Positions 49,520-58,839 of a DNA stretch of 64,000 nt are shown here, piece by piece. The stretch is from a virus. Made by a program: the position numbers and the translations under genes. The DNA is taken from the IMG/VR virus record IMGVR_UViG_3300046810_000466, positions 1 through 64,000 of that record. The stretch is one strand, 5' to 3'. Numbering within the stretch: position 1 is the first letter of the stretch; each line of letters opens with the position of its first letter. Below the pieces are notes generated by a model, which did no database searches, was not told where the DNA came from, and saw only the letters and a program-made list of their open reading frames with translations.

Positions 49520-51679
49520 TTAGTGCGATGCGTACTGATAAGGCTGGTGGGTTGGCGTGTAAGGCGCCCAGGCGAACTCCCAACCGCCGCAAGCCGCGAC
49601 GTGGTTAACAGTTTGCAGGGAACGCGAGCCGTCAAGTGGGATGACGTCGCGATCAACCGCTCGGATGATGCGGGTAGGCTTGTCCGAGTTCATGATACTC
49701 CAGCACATGGCCTTATGCGTCTCCACGCTATTGTTACGGTCCAGGATCTCAGCTGCGGTTAGCGTGCCGGAGTACGAGACCACGATGCGAATTTCCGATT
49801 CGCCATACGCTTTGGTTGGTTGGTTACGAATACGTTCCGAGTACTTGTCGCTGTTAGACAAGGTAGCGGCGACGCCGTGGTGTTGACGACGGGTGGACGA
49901 TACAGCAGACCAGCCATCGGCGATCTTTTCCAGCATGATGATAGTCAACGGCGCAATGCGGATATCCGCACGCGTAGTGGTCATCTTGCCGGAGGCGCCA
50001 CGATACTGGATTGGGCCGAATACTGGCGGGTACAGACGTTGGATGTCCGACACCATGTTCTTCAGTTCCAGATCGTGATCCGAACGCATGTACATGACCA
50101 GGTAACCCTTGGACAGGATATACGCCAGATGGTTCAGCGGTGTAGCGCCATACAGACCTTGACGGAAGATAGCTGCTTGTTTAGGCACCACGATCTCGTA
50201 GAAGCCCAGCAGATATTCCCACGCATCATTGATCACGTCCGGCGAGATCTTCTTCAGTTCCTGCAACATGATCGTGCGGCGCAGCTTCGGTGTGATACCG
50301 ATGCGACGTTCAATTTCATGGAACACATCGCGGGCGGCGCCGTTGATATAGTGTTCATACAGGCGACCAGGAATCATGCGGTTATTCACCGCCGCTTGGT
50401 CGAAGATCATTTCTGCACGATTGCCGTGTGCATCCACCGGCATGTCTTCATCTTCCCAGATGTGGCACACCACGCCTTTACCGCCGAACAGATCGGTGAA
50501 CTTATTGCCTTTGTTCGGAATGATCTTGTGCTTGATCGTGAACTCCAAACGGTAATCGTCGATGCGGGTCTTCTTGTGCACCTTGATCACGTTGTTGTTA
50601 CTATCTTGCACTGGTGCCACTACCGAGATGGCTTCAACCACCAGGCGCTGCAGATCACCAGCCAGTTCTGGGTCGCGACCCAATTCACGTGCCAGGTTGT
50701 TGTACCAGCGATAAATCTCACCGAAGAACTCACGGCGCGCAGCATCGTATTTCAACGGCTGCGCTTCCATGGCCGCTGGCGTACCAGGCAACCCGGTGTT
50801 CAGATCGTGGTGCATCTTGATGTCGATCACTTCACCGTCCGCCACAACTTTGCGGTCGAAGGTGTAGTCAATGCGCTGACAAGCTTTGACACTCATCTCA
50901 GCGATCGCCAGATCAGGACGATAAGATCGCATACCCATCAGCACGCCGTCTGGATTGACGTACTCGCCGATGTTCGGATGGATCTTGTAGTTGTCGTCGT
51001 CACCGTAAAGGTTCAACGGGAATTCATTCTGGCCGAACTCCACTACACGCTTCTCGAACGTTGGGAAACCGAAGCGGCGCAATGCCGAACGAGATACCAC
51101 AATACCGTCCTCAGCAACGCCAGGCAAGCCCATCATGGCAATTTCGCACGTAACGCTGAATGCGTAGTCACCTTCATCCGTTACCCCTGGCGAGTCACGG
51201 AACACTACATCCTTTTCGATCGTGTGGTTGATTTTGATTTCGCTGATACCTGGCTTATCAACGTAGCTGAACCCGAGGTATGGGTGCAGCGTGCTGTAGT
51301 CCGTCAGGTTGATCATGCCGTATTCGTACTGGGCCTCGCCATCAAGCGAGCGGAAGATGGCAACCGTTTGCGGAGGGTTGCCTTTGAAGACCTCATCACC
51401 TTCTTTCCGCTTGTAGCGATTTATGATCGCAATAATCTGACCTTTCGCAGGCATGCGCTGCGAGAAAGTAGTTTCTGCCAACAGGGTATCCATGCCTGTT
51501 TGAATACGGCGTTCTTCTACGCCATCCACAACGACGATCTGACCGAGGTTATTCCCGTACATCTGCTTACGGGCGGCCGAGATTGCGCTGTTGAACGGGT
51601 TAATAGCCATGATACTTTCAGCCTGCGGGAAGTGCTGATTTGGCTGTGGTACCGAACGCTTGACGTTCACGTATGTCAT
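49520..51679 (-). CDS. rpoB: Non-virion RNA polymerase beta C-terminal subunit (phiKZ gp71-73-like), uninterrupted
   Basis: 719 aa. 'SAARKQM', 'EDGIVVS', 'GNKFTDLFGGKGVV', 'DMPVD', 'NRMIPG', 'LEKI', 'YGESEIR'. Confidence 0.9.
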   Translation of the reverse strand: MTYVNVKRSVPQPNQHFPQAESIMAINPFNSAISAARKQMYGNNLGQIVVVDGVEERRIQTGMDTLLAETTFSQRMPAKGQIIAIINRYKRKEGDEVFKGNPPQTVAIFRSLDGEAQYEYGMINLTDYSTLHPYLGFSYVDKPGISEIKINHTIEKDVVFRDSPGVTDEGDYAFSVTCEIAMMGLPGVAEDGIVVSRSALRRFGFPTFEKRVVEFGQNEFPLNLYGDDDNYKIHPNIGEYVNPDGVLMGMRSYRPDLAIAEMSVKACQRIDYTFDRKVVADGEVIDIKMHHDLNTGLPGTPAAMEAQPLKYDAARREFFGEIYRWYNNLARELGRDPELAGDLQRLVVEAISVVAPVQDSNNNVIKVHKKTRIDDYRLEFTIKHKIIPNKGNKFTDLFGGKGVVCHIWEDEDMPVDAHGNRAEMIFDQAAVNNRMIPGRLYEHYINGAARDVFHEIERRIGITPKLRRTIMLQELKKISPDVINDAWEYLLGFYEIVVPKQAAIFRQGLYGATPLNHLAYILSKGYLVMYMRSDHDLELKNMVSDIQRLYPPVFGPIQYRGASGKMTTTRADIRIAPLTIIMLEKIADGWSAVSSTRRQHHGVAATLSNSDKYSERIRNQPTKAYGESEIRIVVSYSGTLTAAEILDRNNSVETHKAMCWSIMNSDKPTRIIRAVDRDVIPLDGSRSLQTVNHVAACGGWEFAWAPYTPTHQPYQYASH

Positions 51680-51751
51680 GCTGCATCCTTTTTGTTCAGA
51701 AAATCAAAACAGTTCTTCTTGTTGCTTTTTGGAGTACTTGACTCTAATTTA

Positions 51752-51775
51752 GTGATATAGTCCTACAAATATTTA
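51752..51775 (-). promoter_or_regulatory. Putative early (virion-RNAP) promoter
   Basis: The minus strand reads AAATATTTGTAGGAC-TATATCAC, one mismatch from the phiKZ early consensus TATATTAC, ~70 nt upstream of the betaC gene. Confidence 0.55.
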
Positions 51776-51795
51776 ACACACTTCGAGGTGAAACG

Positions 51796-52134
51796 ATGTC
51801 CATCAATGACCTGCTGATTGACATGGGTCCAGATATCTACTACGATCCAAACTTCCGCAACGTCTTGGAAGACCACATGACGTTCTTACGCACCCATCCA
51901 AAGACAGCGTTGTTCACACTCACACCGGACGAGGCATACCAGTGGCGTGGCGATTTGTTTGGTCTGTTGCTTGCAAAGAATCGTCCAGCACAATTCCACT
52001 GGCTGATCATGCGTTTGAACAATTACACGTCTCCTACCCAGTTCAAACAAGATACAATCGGCCTGATCGAACCTGACTACACAGTCGTAGACAAGATTCG
52101 CCAAAGCAACAATAGTTCAGGGCGCATCAGCTAA
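51796..52134 (+). CDS. Small baseplate wedge-like protein (T4 gp53/LysM-like)
   Basis: 112 aa with a GAGGTG RBS. 'EAYQWRGDLFGLL...HWLIMRLNNYTSP'. Confidence 0.55.
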   Translation: MSINDLLIDMGPDIYYDPNFRNVLEDHMTFLRTHPKTALFTLTPDEAYQWRGDLFGLLLAKNRPAQFHWLIMRLNNYTSPTQFKQDTIGLIEPDYTVVDKIRQSNNSSGRIS

Positions 52135-52188
52135 TAAGTCTGCTGGATCTTTTTTAACTATATAGAGAAAAAATTAAGGCAGAGAAGA

Positions 52189-52234
52189 ACCAACACCACC
52201 CTAACACTGGGTGGTGTTGGTCTTATTTATGCCG
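52189..52234. terminator. Hairpin between convergent genes
   Basis: ACCAACACCACCC-N7-GGGTGGTGTTGGT, then TTATTTATGCCG. Confidence 0.65.
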
Positions 52235-52243
52235 TTTCAGCAA

Positions 52244-53554
52244 TTAGTAACGACGACCGCCGCCGTAGCCACCGCTAGCTGGTGGTGGATAGCCACCCTG
52301 CGTTGGACCGGACGACGGATAGCCGTAACCACCTTGAACCTGACGGCTACCGCCGCCACGAGCCATCGAGTTGTGCATCATGCCGCTGACGCTCACCGTG
52401 TTACCGTGGCCACCAGATACCGGTGCGCCACGCTGTGGCGCTGGGTAACCCGTGCTTTGTGGGCTTGGGTAACCGCCGCCGGTTTGACGTGGCGCTGGAT
52501 CTTCCCACGGTGCCGGAGCACGCGCTGCTTGATGCTGCTGGGGGCGATTGGCTTGCGGTGCTGCAACGGCTGCCACCGGCACAGGTTCTTCGATGACACC
52601 CTGGCTTTGTGCGGGGATCGCGCGGATTTGCGGCCACAGCACGTCCAGGTTTTCGAAGGCTTCGGCCCAGTCCAGATCGAACGTCATTTCTTCCAGAGAA
52701 CGATCCATGCGGGGATCGAGACCCTTGAACACTTCCATCACGTCGTTCAGATGACGTGCCATCGGCAGGAAGGCGCGCATCATCGCGTCCATTGCCGGAG
52801 CGATACGGGAATTGCTGCCCAGATCGTAGGCGTGCTTGGTGTCCAGATTCGGGATCAGGTATTGCATCAGGCCGAGGAATGCCGAACGGTCTTTACCACG
52901 CAGCTTCACGCCGAAGACTTCCGATTCAGGCTTGGTGCCTTTCTTCGCTTTCGGCGCTGCTTTGTGTTCAGCCAGTTCTTCTTCCAGCTTGTGCAGTTCT
53001 TCGAAGAACGGGAAGTTCACCGAAGCCACACGGTTGTACGACTTGCCGTCCAGGACTGCCGCCGGACGAACGTACAGTGTCGTAAACACACGTTGCAGTT
53101 GATTTGGCTTGGCTGCCAGCTCCGAGATCTTGTCGAAGGCATCGGCCGCGTCGGTGTCTGCTTCAACCACCAGCTGCATGAACTCGGCTTGGTCTGGCTT
53201 CAGACGTTTGCACAGTTCTTTGTCCGCAGCGATACGCAGCAGCGAAGTACCCAGGCCGCCGATTACGATGTTGATGCGGTTGATCGCCCAGTGACGGTAA
53301 CGCGTCATCAGGTCGGTCGAGTTGGCTTTGGCTGCGGAGGTTTCGCTCAGCAGGTGGAATACTTCGTGTTCGTTAACGCGAGCATCGCGCAGACGTTCCA
53401 CCAACGGCAACACCACCGGTTTACCATCTTTGGCAATCACAGGCAGGTATTCACCTTCGCCGATGTCCATACGGAAGTAACCATCATCCGTCACCTCCAT
53501 AGCCGTGAATGCAGCCATCGAACGATAAACGTCCAGGAGTTGAATACTTTCCAT
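52244..53554 (-). CDS. Conserved Chimalliviridae core protein (phiKZ gp70-like) with a G/P/Y/Q-rich disordered tail
   Basis: 436 aa with a GAGG RBS. 'GKPVVLP...VFHLLSE...GSNSRIAP'. Lies directly downstream of the picA-like gene. Confidence 0.6.
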   Translation of the reverse strand: MESIQLLDVYRSMAAFTAMEVTDDGYFRMDIGEGEYLPVIAKDGKPVVLPLVERLRDARVNEHEVFHLLSETSAAKANSTDLMTRYRHWAINRINIVIGGLGTSLLRIAADKELCKRLKPDQAEFMQLVVEADTDAADAFDKISELAAKPNQLQRVFTTLYVRPAAVLDGKSYNRVASVNFPFFEELHKLEEELAEHKAAPKAKKGTKPESEVFGVKLRGKDRSAFLGLMQYLIPNLDTKHAYDLGSNSRIAPAMDAMMRAFLPMARHLNDVMEVFKGLDPRMDRSLEEMTFDLDWAEAFENLDVLWPQIRAIPAQSQGVIEEPVPVAAVAAPQANRPQQHQAARAPAPWEDPAPRQTGGGYPSPQSTGYPAPQRGAPVSGGHGNTVSVSGMMHNSMARGGGSRQVQGGYGYPSSGPTQGGYPPPASGGYGGGRRY

Positions 53555-53605
53555 TGTTTCCTCTTGTAGTTGTACACAACCCCGTCCGGAGACGGGGCGT
53601 GCGTT

Positions 53606-55252
53606 TTAGTAACGTTTGCCGGATGGCATTGCCTGATAACCCTGGAGATCATGGATCAACGGGCGAACCGGAGTGGCTGGCAGGACTTCTTGTTGCAGGT
53701 TGTGGAATGCAACCGCCAAGTTGTCCAGCGTATCGCGACGCGACGTCAGAACAGGCGACATCACGGACGAGCAGTAAGCCGGCTGCACGTAAGTGTAAGC
53801 CGGCTGACCTTGCAGACGTAACGTGATGCTGATCTCGCCGAACAAGTCAGCACGAACATCCATCTCATAAGCGATACCACCATTGAAGGTCATCGGCATG
53901 ACAACCTGCTGCTCGAACTGCACACCCAGCGCTTGCATCTGAGGCGCCAGATTGATACCGGCCACCACAGGCACACCGCCAGTTGCTACACAGATCGGCA
54001 ACCCTTTCAGGTTGCTGGCGAAGATGTCGATCTTGCGCACGGTCAGGTCGGTCATCAACGGTGGCAACATGTTGGAGATTTGCACCGCTACTTGTGTTGC
54101 CAAGTCTTGACCGTTCCAGTCCGACGTCGTGCCTGCCGTGTGCATGTTTTCACCGACGGAGCCGATGAATTGCAGGCGATCACGCCATTGCACAAAGCAG
54201 ACCTGATCGCGCTCGGCGTTCGGGTCGATGTTGAGCATGTCGCGCCACTTGAACGAAGCGGTGAAATGCCCTGGACCGTTGCGACTGATGGCCATGATGA
54301 ACGGATCTGTCGAGAACGATGCATCACGCAGCTGGCGAGCTGCCGCGTGATACGGTTCCGTAACGCCGTTGCGATTGGTCTGGCGGGACAGATCGCGGCC
54401 GTTCACCAGACCGGAGATCACATTGGCCATGTAATCGTTCGGATTGGTGTGATGCTGATTCGAGAACTGTGGCGTGCTGTTCTGCGTACTGCGGGTGTCA
54501 ACCACATGCACAGTCGAGCCTTGCAGTTCTGGATCATTCAGGCGTGCCAGCGATACAGCGACTTCGTACGGACGCAGACGAATCGTGTCGGCTTCATCCG
54601 GACCTTGGTAACCATGGTCAACCAGCACTTGGTTCACACTGACCAGCTGTTGTTCAACCATGGTGCCGTAGCCGCGGTCGATCTCGATGTCACGGATCTC
54701 GTACATGGTGTTGATATTCAACTCCATCTGCGGGTCGATAGCACCACTTTGGGAGAAGCCAGCGTGGTCAGTGTAACCGATGATCACATAACGGTTTGGC
54801 ACAACCGCTTGCGTACGCTGAACGCTGATCACCATCATGAAGCGACCGGTCGGTTCATTCCAACCCATCTTCATGTTGGCGTAAGCCTGGACTTCAGCAC
54901 TAGCTGCTGGTTTGATGAACGAAGCCGATACCGGCGCCAGATCGGCCGGATTGACCATGTACTGGGTTTCGTTGTGGATCTTACCAGCTTCTTTCGCTAC
55001 CTGATGCTGGTGGTACGCTTGCGCCACCACGTCGTGGATAGCTGCCGCGTTTTGGACATTGTAGTCCGTCGTCCATGGCCGGCGCCACTGCTGATTGTAG
55101 CTACCGGTCGGGGTGAAGACGATGGTCTCTACCGTGATCTTCGAGGCGCCTTGATGAGGAAACTTCGGTTCATTGTAGGTTTTGTATTGCTCGTCGTAGG
55201 CACCGTACGGATTGTGCTGCTGTGGTTGTTGATTATAAGCGTCGTACGTCAT
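53606..55252 (-). CDS. picA: Phage-nucleus protein import factor PicA/Imp1 (phiKZ gp69-like)
   Basis: 548 aa. Positioned immediately after the gp68-like subunit. 'TGSYNQQWRRPW...GWNEPTGRFMM...IGYTDH...IDP'. Assignment is mainly by synteny and size. Confidence 0.65.
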   Translation of the reverse strand: MTYDAYNQQPQQHNPYGAYDEQYKTYNEPKFPHQGASKITVETIVFTPTGSYNQQWRRPWTTDYNVQNAAAIHDVVAQAYHQHQVAKEAGKIHNETQYMVNPADLAPVSASFIKPAASAEVQAYANMKMGWNEPTGRFMMVISVQRTQAVVPNRYVIIGYTDHAGFSQSGAIDPQMELNINTMYEIRDIEIDRGYGTMVEQQLVSVNQVLVDHGYQGPDEADTIRLRPYEVAVSLARLNDPELQGSTVHVVDTRSTQNSTPQFSNQHHTNPNDYMANVISGLVNGRDLSRQTNRNGVTEPYHAAARQLRDASFSTDPFIMAISRNGPGHFTASFKWRDMLNIDPNAERDQVCFVQWRDRLQFIGSVGENMHTAGTTSDWNGQDLATQVAVQISNMLPPLMTDLTVRKIDIFASNLKGLPICVATGGVPVVAGINLAPQMQALGVQFEQQVVMPMTFNGGIAYEMDVRADLFGEISITLRLQGQPAYTYVQPAYCSSVMSPVLTSRRDTLDNLAVAFHNLQQEVLPATPVRPLIHDLQGYQAMPSGKRY

Positions 55253-55255
55253 GGT

Positions 55256-56935
55256 TTACAGGCTCCTGGTTGCAATGCTGATTGCGAGTTCAGCAAATTT
55301 ATTACGGATGTCAGACTTTACAGAGTAACGTCGTCCACCGGGGTGGTTAGGCAATTTATCCAGCCATTGTTTCGGCAGGTTCAGCAGCCAGCTGTTACGG
55401 CTCAGTTCGTCCCTGATCAACTCGATGTTTTCCACCGCGACGTTGGGAAGATTGGTGTGACGGATGTCGTCGCTACGCCGTTTGCCTGGCGGACGTTGCG
55501 CATACGGATACAGCCGTTGCAATGCTTCTTTATTTTCTTTCGTCAATGCAGCAGGAGGGGCGCTGCTAGCATTGTTGAAACCGTCGCGTTCTTTAGCGAC
55601 AGAAGCAGTCATCAAGGCGGCGATATCGTGATGGCCACGGTGCCACAGCAAGGCGGTAGCGACAGCCATCATGCAGAGATCTTCGAGCAGATTCATCTCG
55701 TCGATTCCACGTGGCGGGAACAGCGCATCCCAACGCTCACGGAACTTAGGATCGGCTTCCCAAGCGCCATCGCGTTGCAGACATTCTGCCCCCAACACAT
55801 TTTGCAAGATCGTGAATTGGATTGGCTGCGGTGGATTCTTCTTCAGATTTTCCACGACAAGCAATGCGCTTGCCAAGATCTCACGCGGCATGTCTGGCGC
55901 AATGCGGGCGATGAACAGCTCGCAGTCTTGTGCGCTGCTTTCCAGGATGGTCAGGTCGCCGGCCGTGTAAGGCTCTTTGATCTTGATCGTCTCGGAAACA
56001 GATTGCCGGTTTTCGTTGTCATTACCAGTGCCGCCTTCAGGGATCTTCGGCTTGATGGACTCGTTCAGCTGGCGATCTGCGCTGTCCATTTGTTGGTCGA
56101 TGAAAGAATACACACGACCAACCAACGAGAAGTTAGGATCACGGCCGGAGAAGTCCACCCACGCCATACGGCGAATCACTAGGATTGCCATGATTTGGAA
56201 CGGCACGTCTTCCTTCGATACCCCGCCGCCGATGACGGAGTTCTTGTACTTTTCCGAAGACAAGTACAGGTTGACGTATTCTTCCAGGCGCTTGAAGCCG
56301 TCAGTTTCCACCAAGGCTGTGCGGGTGGCTAACCGCAGCGCGTAGATTTCTTTCAGGTCGTTACCGATGGCTTCGTAGGTGTTCGCCAAGAAACGACCCC
56401 ACACTGGCACCAGCATACGCAGCAATACGACCAGCACCACCAAGCCCCAGTAATCTTTGCGGAGATACGTGGCACTTACTGGGCGGGAACGCAGACCGAA
56501 TTGGTCGCCGCGTTCTGCGGATTCTTCCAGCGTTTCGTACACCCGGATGCCTTCAGGGAAGCGGATCGTCGGGGTCGTGCGAACCCAAGACGACACATTT
56601 TCTGGCGTACAGATCTCGAAGATCTTCTTGATCAGCGGAGGCAATTGCTTGCGCAGATCCGGAATGTTGTTGTCGATGTTGTCCAACACGTTGAAGATCG
56701 AGTTGTAAACATCAAACAATTGGTCTTGCGTCTGCCGTGGCAGCTGTGCGAAGTATTGGTTCAGATGCTCGAATGGTTCGACCGAGGGGAGGTCTTCCAC
56801 ATCCGGATCACGGGCAGCCATAGCGCCTGCTTTCGCACCACGCTTGTTACCACGTTCCAAGATCTTCACATTCCAGGCTAACTCCTGGCCGTTGTGTTTC
56901 AGTATAACGTTCGAATCTATTTTGTCGAATCTCAC
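55256..56935 (-). CDS. Non-virion RNAP promoter-specificity (sigma-like) subunit (phiKZ gp68-like)
   Basis: 559 aa. GTG start with an AAGGAG RBS. 'HNGQELAW...TYLRKDYWGL...LVPVWGRF...LQRLYPY'. Synteny. Confidence 0.7.
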   Translation of the reverse strand: MRFDKIDSNVILKHNGQELAWNVKILERGNKRGAKAGAMAARDPDVEDLPSVEPFEHLNQYFAQLPRQTQDQLFDVYNSIFNVLDNIDNNIPDLRKQLPPLIKKIFEICTPENVSSWVRTTPTIRFPEGIRVYETLEESAERGDQFGLRSRPVSATYLRKDYWGLVVLVVLLRMLVPVWGRFLANTYEAIGNDLKEIYALRLATRTALVETDGFKRLEEYVNLYLSSEKYKNSVIGGGVSKEDVPFQIMAILVIRRMAWVDFSGRDPNFSLVGRVYSFIDQQMDSADRQLNESIKPKIPEGGTGNDNENRQSVSETIKIKEPYTAGDLTILESSAQDCELFIARIAPDMPREILASALLVVENLKKNPPQPIQFTILQNVLGAECLQRDGAWEADPKFRERWDALFPPRGIDEMNLLEDLCMMAVATALLWHRGHHDIAALMTASVAKERDGFNNASSAPPAALTKENKEALQRLYPYAQRPPGKRRSDDIRHTNLPNVAVENIELIRDELSRNSWLLNLPKQWLDKLPNHPGGRRYSVKSDIRNKFAELAISIATRSL

Positions 56936-56986
56936 GTCTTCTCCTTTTTGTTGATAAAACTAGACTACTATTTACTGCTCATCGTA

Positions 56987-57010
56987 GTGATATATGCCTA
57001 AGATTTTTTC
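56987..57010 (-). promoter_or_regulatory. Putative early (virion-RNAP) promoter
   Basis: The minus strand reads GAAAAAATCTTAGGCA-TATATCAC, the same core as at 51752, ~50 nt upstream of the gp68-like gene. Confidence 0.55.
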
Positions 57011-57028
57011 CATCCTTGTTGTCTCTAG

Positions 57029-57068
57029 GGCATAGCGGCCACGCGACCCGAAGGCCGCGTGGTCCTAT
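57029..57068 (-). terminator. Hairpin after the chmC-like gene
   Basis: GGCATAGC-GGCCACGCG...CGCGTGGTC-CTAT. Confidence 0.55.
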
Positions 57069-57098
57069 CTAAAACAACTCACCCGATGGTGTTACGGG

Positions 57099-57899
57099 TT
57101 AGTACGGGATGTCGTCATCCATGTCGCTGAACTCCGGCGATGCTTTGGCCGTACCACCGCCGCCATTGCTTTGACCACCGCCGTTACCGCCGCCCGAATT
57201 GCCACCACTGCGGTTACCACCGTTGTTGCTCTGGCCGCCACCTTGACCGCCGCCCTGGCCTTGTGCTGGCACGTATGGCGGTTTGTAGTCGTCTGGTTTG
57301 GCGTTTTGCAGCAGACGCGACTGGGTGATACGTTGGTGCAGTTCGAGCAGCAGCTTGTGGTAAGCGCGGGCGCCGATCAGCGAGTTCTCGGCGTCGGTGA
57401 AGGCATTGCCGTCGCCGTGCTTGAAGATGAACTCGGGACGTTCGTTGATGAAGCCGAATTCGATTTCGGTTTTCTTGAACTGGATCAGCGACATGTAGAA
57501 CACGCCGTTGCTGTCCTTGCCGAAGAACAGCTTGATGCCGTCGCGTGGCGCTTCCAGCGGAACACGTTTCTTCAGGTTGTTGTCCCAGCTGAAGCGAACT
57601 TGCTCGACCAGAACGAACTTGCATTCACCTTTGTGACGGATAGCTTCGCCGAACTGGATGACCCACTTCTCGTAGTCTTCCAGGTTCAGCTTGATGCGGA
57701 TGTTGTCGCCATCGCGCATACGCTCTTTGTCGGCAGGATCGCCGGTACGCACCATCAACGATACGCGGCCAGCGAGGTCTACGTCCAGATTGAACGAAGC
57801 ACTCTTACCTTGAGCGGTCGATTTTGCCCAGCGCGTGAGCGAAAACAGATCGAAGGGAGCGCGAGGACGGTTGTCTTTTTCCTGTTGGTTATATGCCAT
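57099..57899 (-). CDS. chmC: ChmC-like phage-nucleus nucleic-acid-binding protein (Whirly-like; phiKZ gp67/Imp6 position)
   Basis: 266 aa. Beta-rich N-domain (FFGKDSNGVFYMSL), a Gly/Asn/Gln-rich disordered linker and an acidic tip. Lies directly upstream of the gp68-like and picA-like genes. Confidence 0.6.
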   Translation of the reverse strand: MAYNQQEKDNRPRAPFDLFSLTRWAKSTAQGKSASFNLDVDLAGRVSLMVRTGDPADKERMRDGDNIRIKLNLEDYEKWVIQFGEAIRHKGECKFVLVEQVRFSWDNNLKKRVPLEAPRDGIKLFFGKDSNGVFYMSLIQFKKTEIEFGFINERPEFIFKHGDGNAFTDAENSLIGARAYHKLLLELHQRITQSRLLQNAKPDDYKPPYVPAQGQGGGQGGGQSNNGGNRSGGNSGGGNGGGQSNGGGGTAKASPEFSDMDDDIPY

Positions 57900-57975
57900 T
57901 TTCTTAAAATCCGTGTAGGTGGAATGAAGGTGTTTCGGTCTACATCTAATAGCGTGGTTGGATATTTTTACACTA

Positions 57976-58839
57976 CTAGACTAGCACTTTGTACAACTGT
58001 TTAAGCTTTAAGACGTGTGCAGGGTTCGGTAATTCACTGATCCCCTCCACAATCCTTGCTCGGGTGGTAACACTACTCCAGTTCCTGCGAGTAGCGAGTT
58101 CCACAATGGCTTTTCGAAGTCTTACATCCAACGGATGGAATGTTTCGATGTCGCCAAATACTTGCAACAATTCCTCAGTAAAGGGAATCATTGAGAGATC
58201 ACGCCCGTTGTAGTACTTAGAGTACCAGAGCGCTTTCGGTTTGATCTTGCCGGTGTGTGACTCAAGCAGCGTCAGGCTGCCGAAGTTACTTTCCGACAGC
58301 AGGTCGTACACCACGTGGGTGATGATCAAGGTCTTACCTGGACTTCCTGGTAGCTTATCGTCGACAACGGTAAACGTCTCAGGGATTTCCCTGATTAAGA
58401 TCTTCATCACATCACCCAGCGTCTGGGTGAACTGCTGGGCCTTCGACGTGACATCCTTTCGAATCTCAGCTTCAGGGTATTTCGATTCAATGCGCTTCAG
58501 GTTGTTAAAGTAGTACTTCACTGGGACAACCTTGCCAGCGTATTCACGCAGCATGTCAGGGATGATACCCATCTCCTCGGCCATGATTTGTGCGATGTTA
58601 GCGACGTTAATGGTCGCCGCAATGTCTTTCGACATGGCACCCATGATGTTGCGGTATAACGTCCGCAGATTGATCCAAACTTCATCAAACTTTCGTATGG
58701 GCATCATAGGGGGCTTGGGCAGGTCGGGATGAATCCCGACCGCGGCTTCTATGGCTAACGAGGTAGCAATTGATAAATGAAAGAATCCTAATGCACGTTC
58801 ATCTGCGGTATTAGCGTAGTTGACTTTGTTGTCGTCCAT
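57976..58839 (-). CDS. Conserved core protein, PIN/5'-nuclease-like fold (phiKZ gp66-like)
   Basis: 287 aa. 'SIATSLAIE...WINLRTLYRN...ITHVVYDLL...LLESHTG...WYSK...QVFGD'. Confidence 0.55.
   Translation of the reverse strand: MDDNKVNYANTADERALGFFHLSIATSLAIEAAVGIHPDLPKPPMMPIRKFDEVWINLRTLYRNIMGAMSKDIAATINVANIAQIMAEEMGIIPDMLREYAGKVVPVKYYFNNLKRIESKYPEAEIRKDVTSKAQQFTQTLGDVMKILIREIPETFTVVDDKLPGSPGKTLIITHVVYDLLSESNFGSLTLLESHTGKIKPKALWYSKYYNGRDLSMIPFTEELLQVFGDIETFHPLDVRLRKAIVELATRRNWSSVTTRARIVEGISELPNPAHVLKLKQLYKVLV

Noticed and set aside
47386-56182. Very long plus-strand ORFs (680, 646, 452 and 749 aa) antisense to the RNAP, gp70-like and picA-like genes
   Set aside because: They mirror motif-bearing minus-strand genes. 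Codon bias makes antisense stops rare, and they show no motifs or RBSs.
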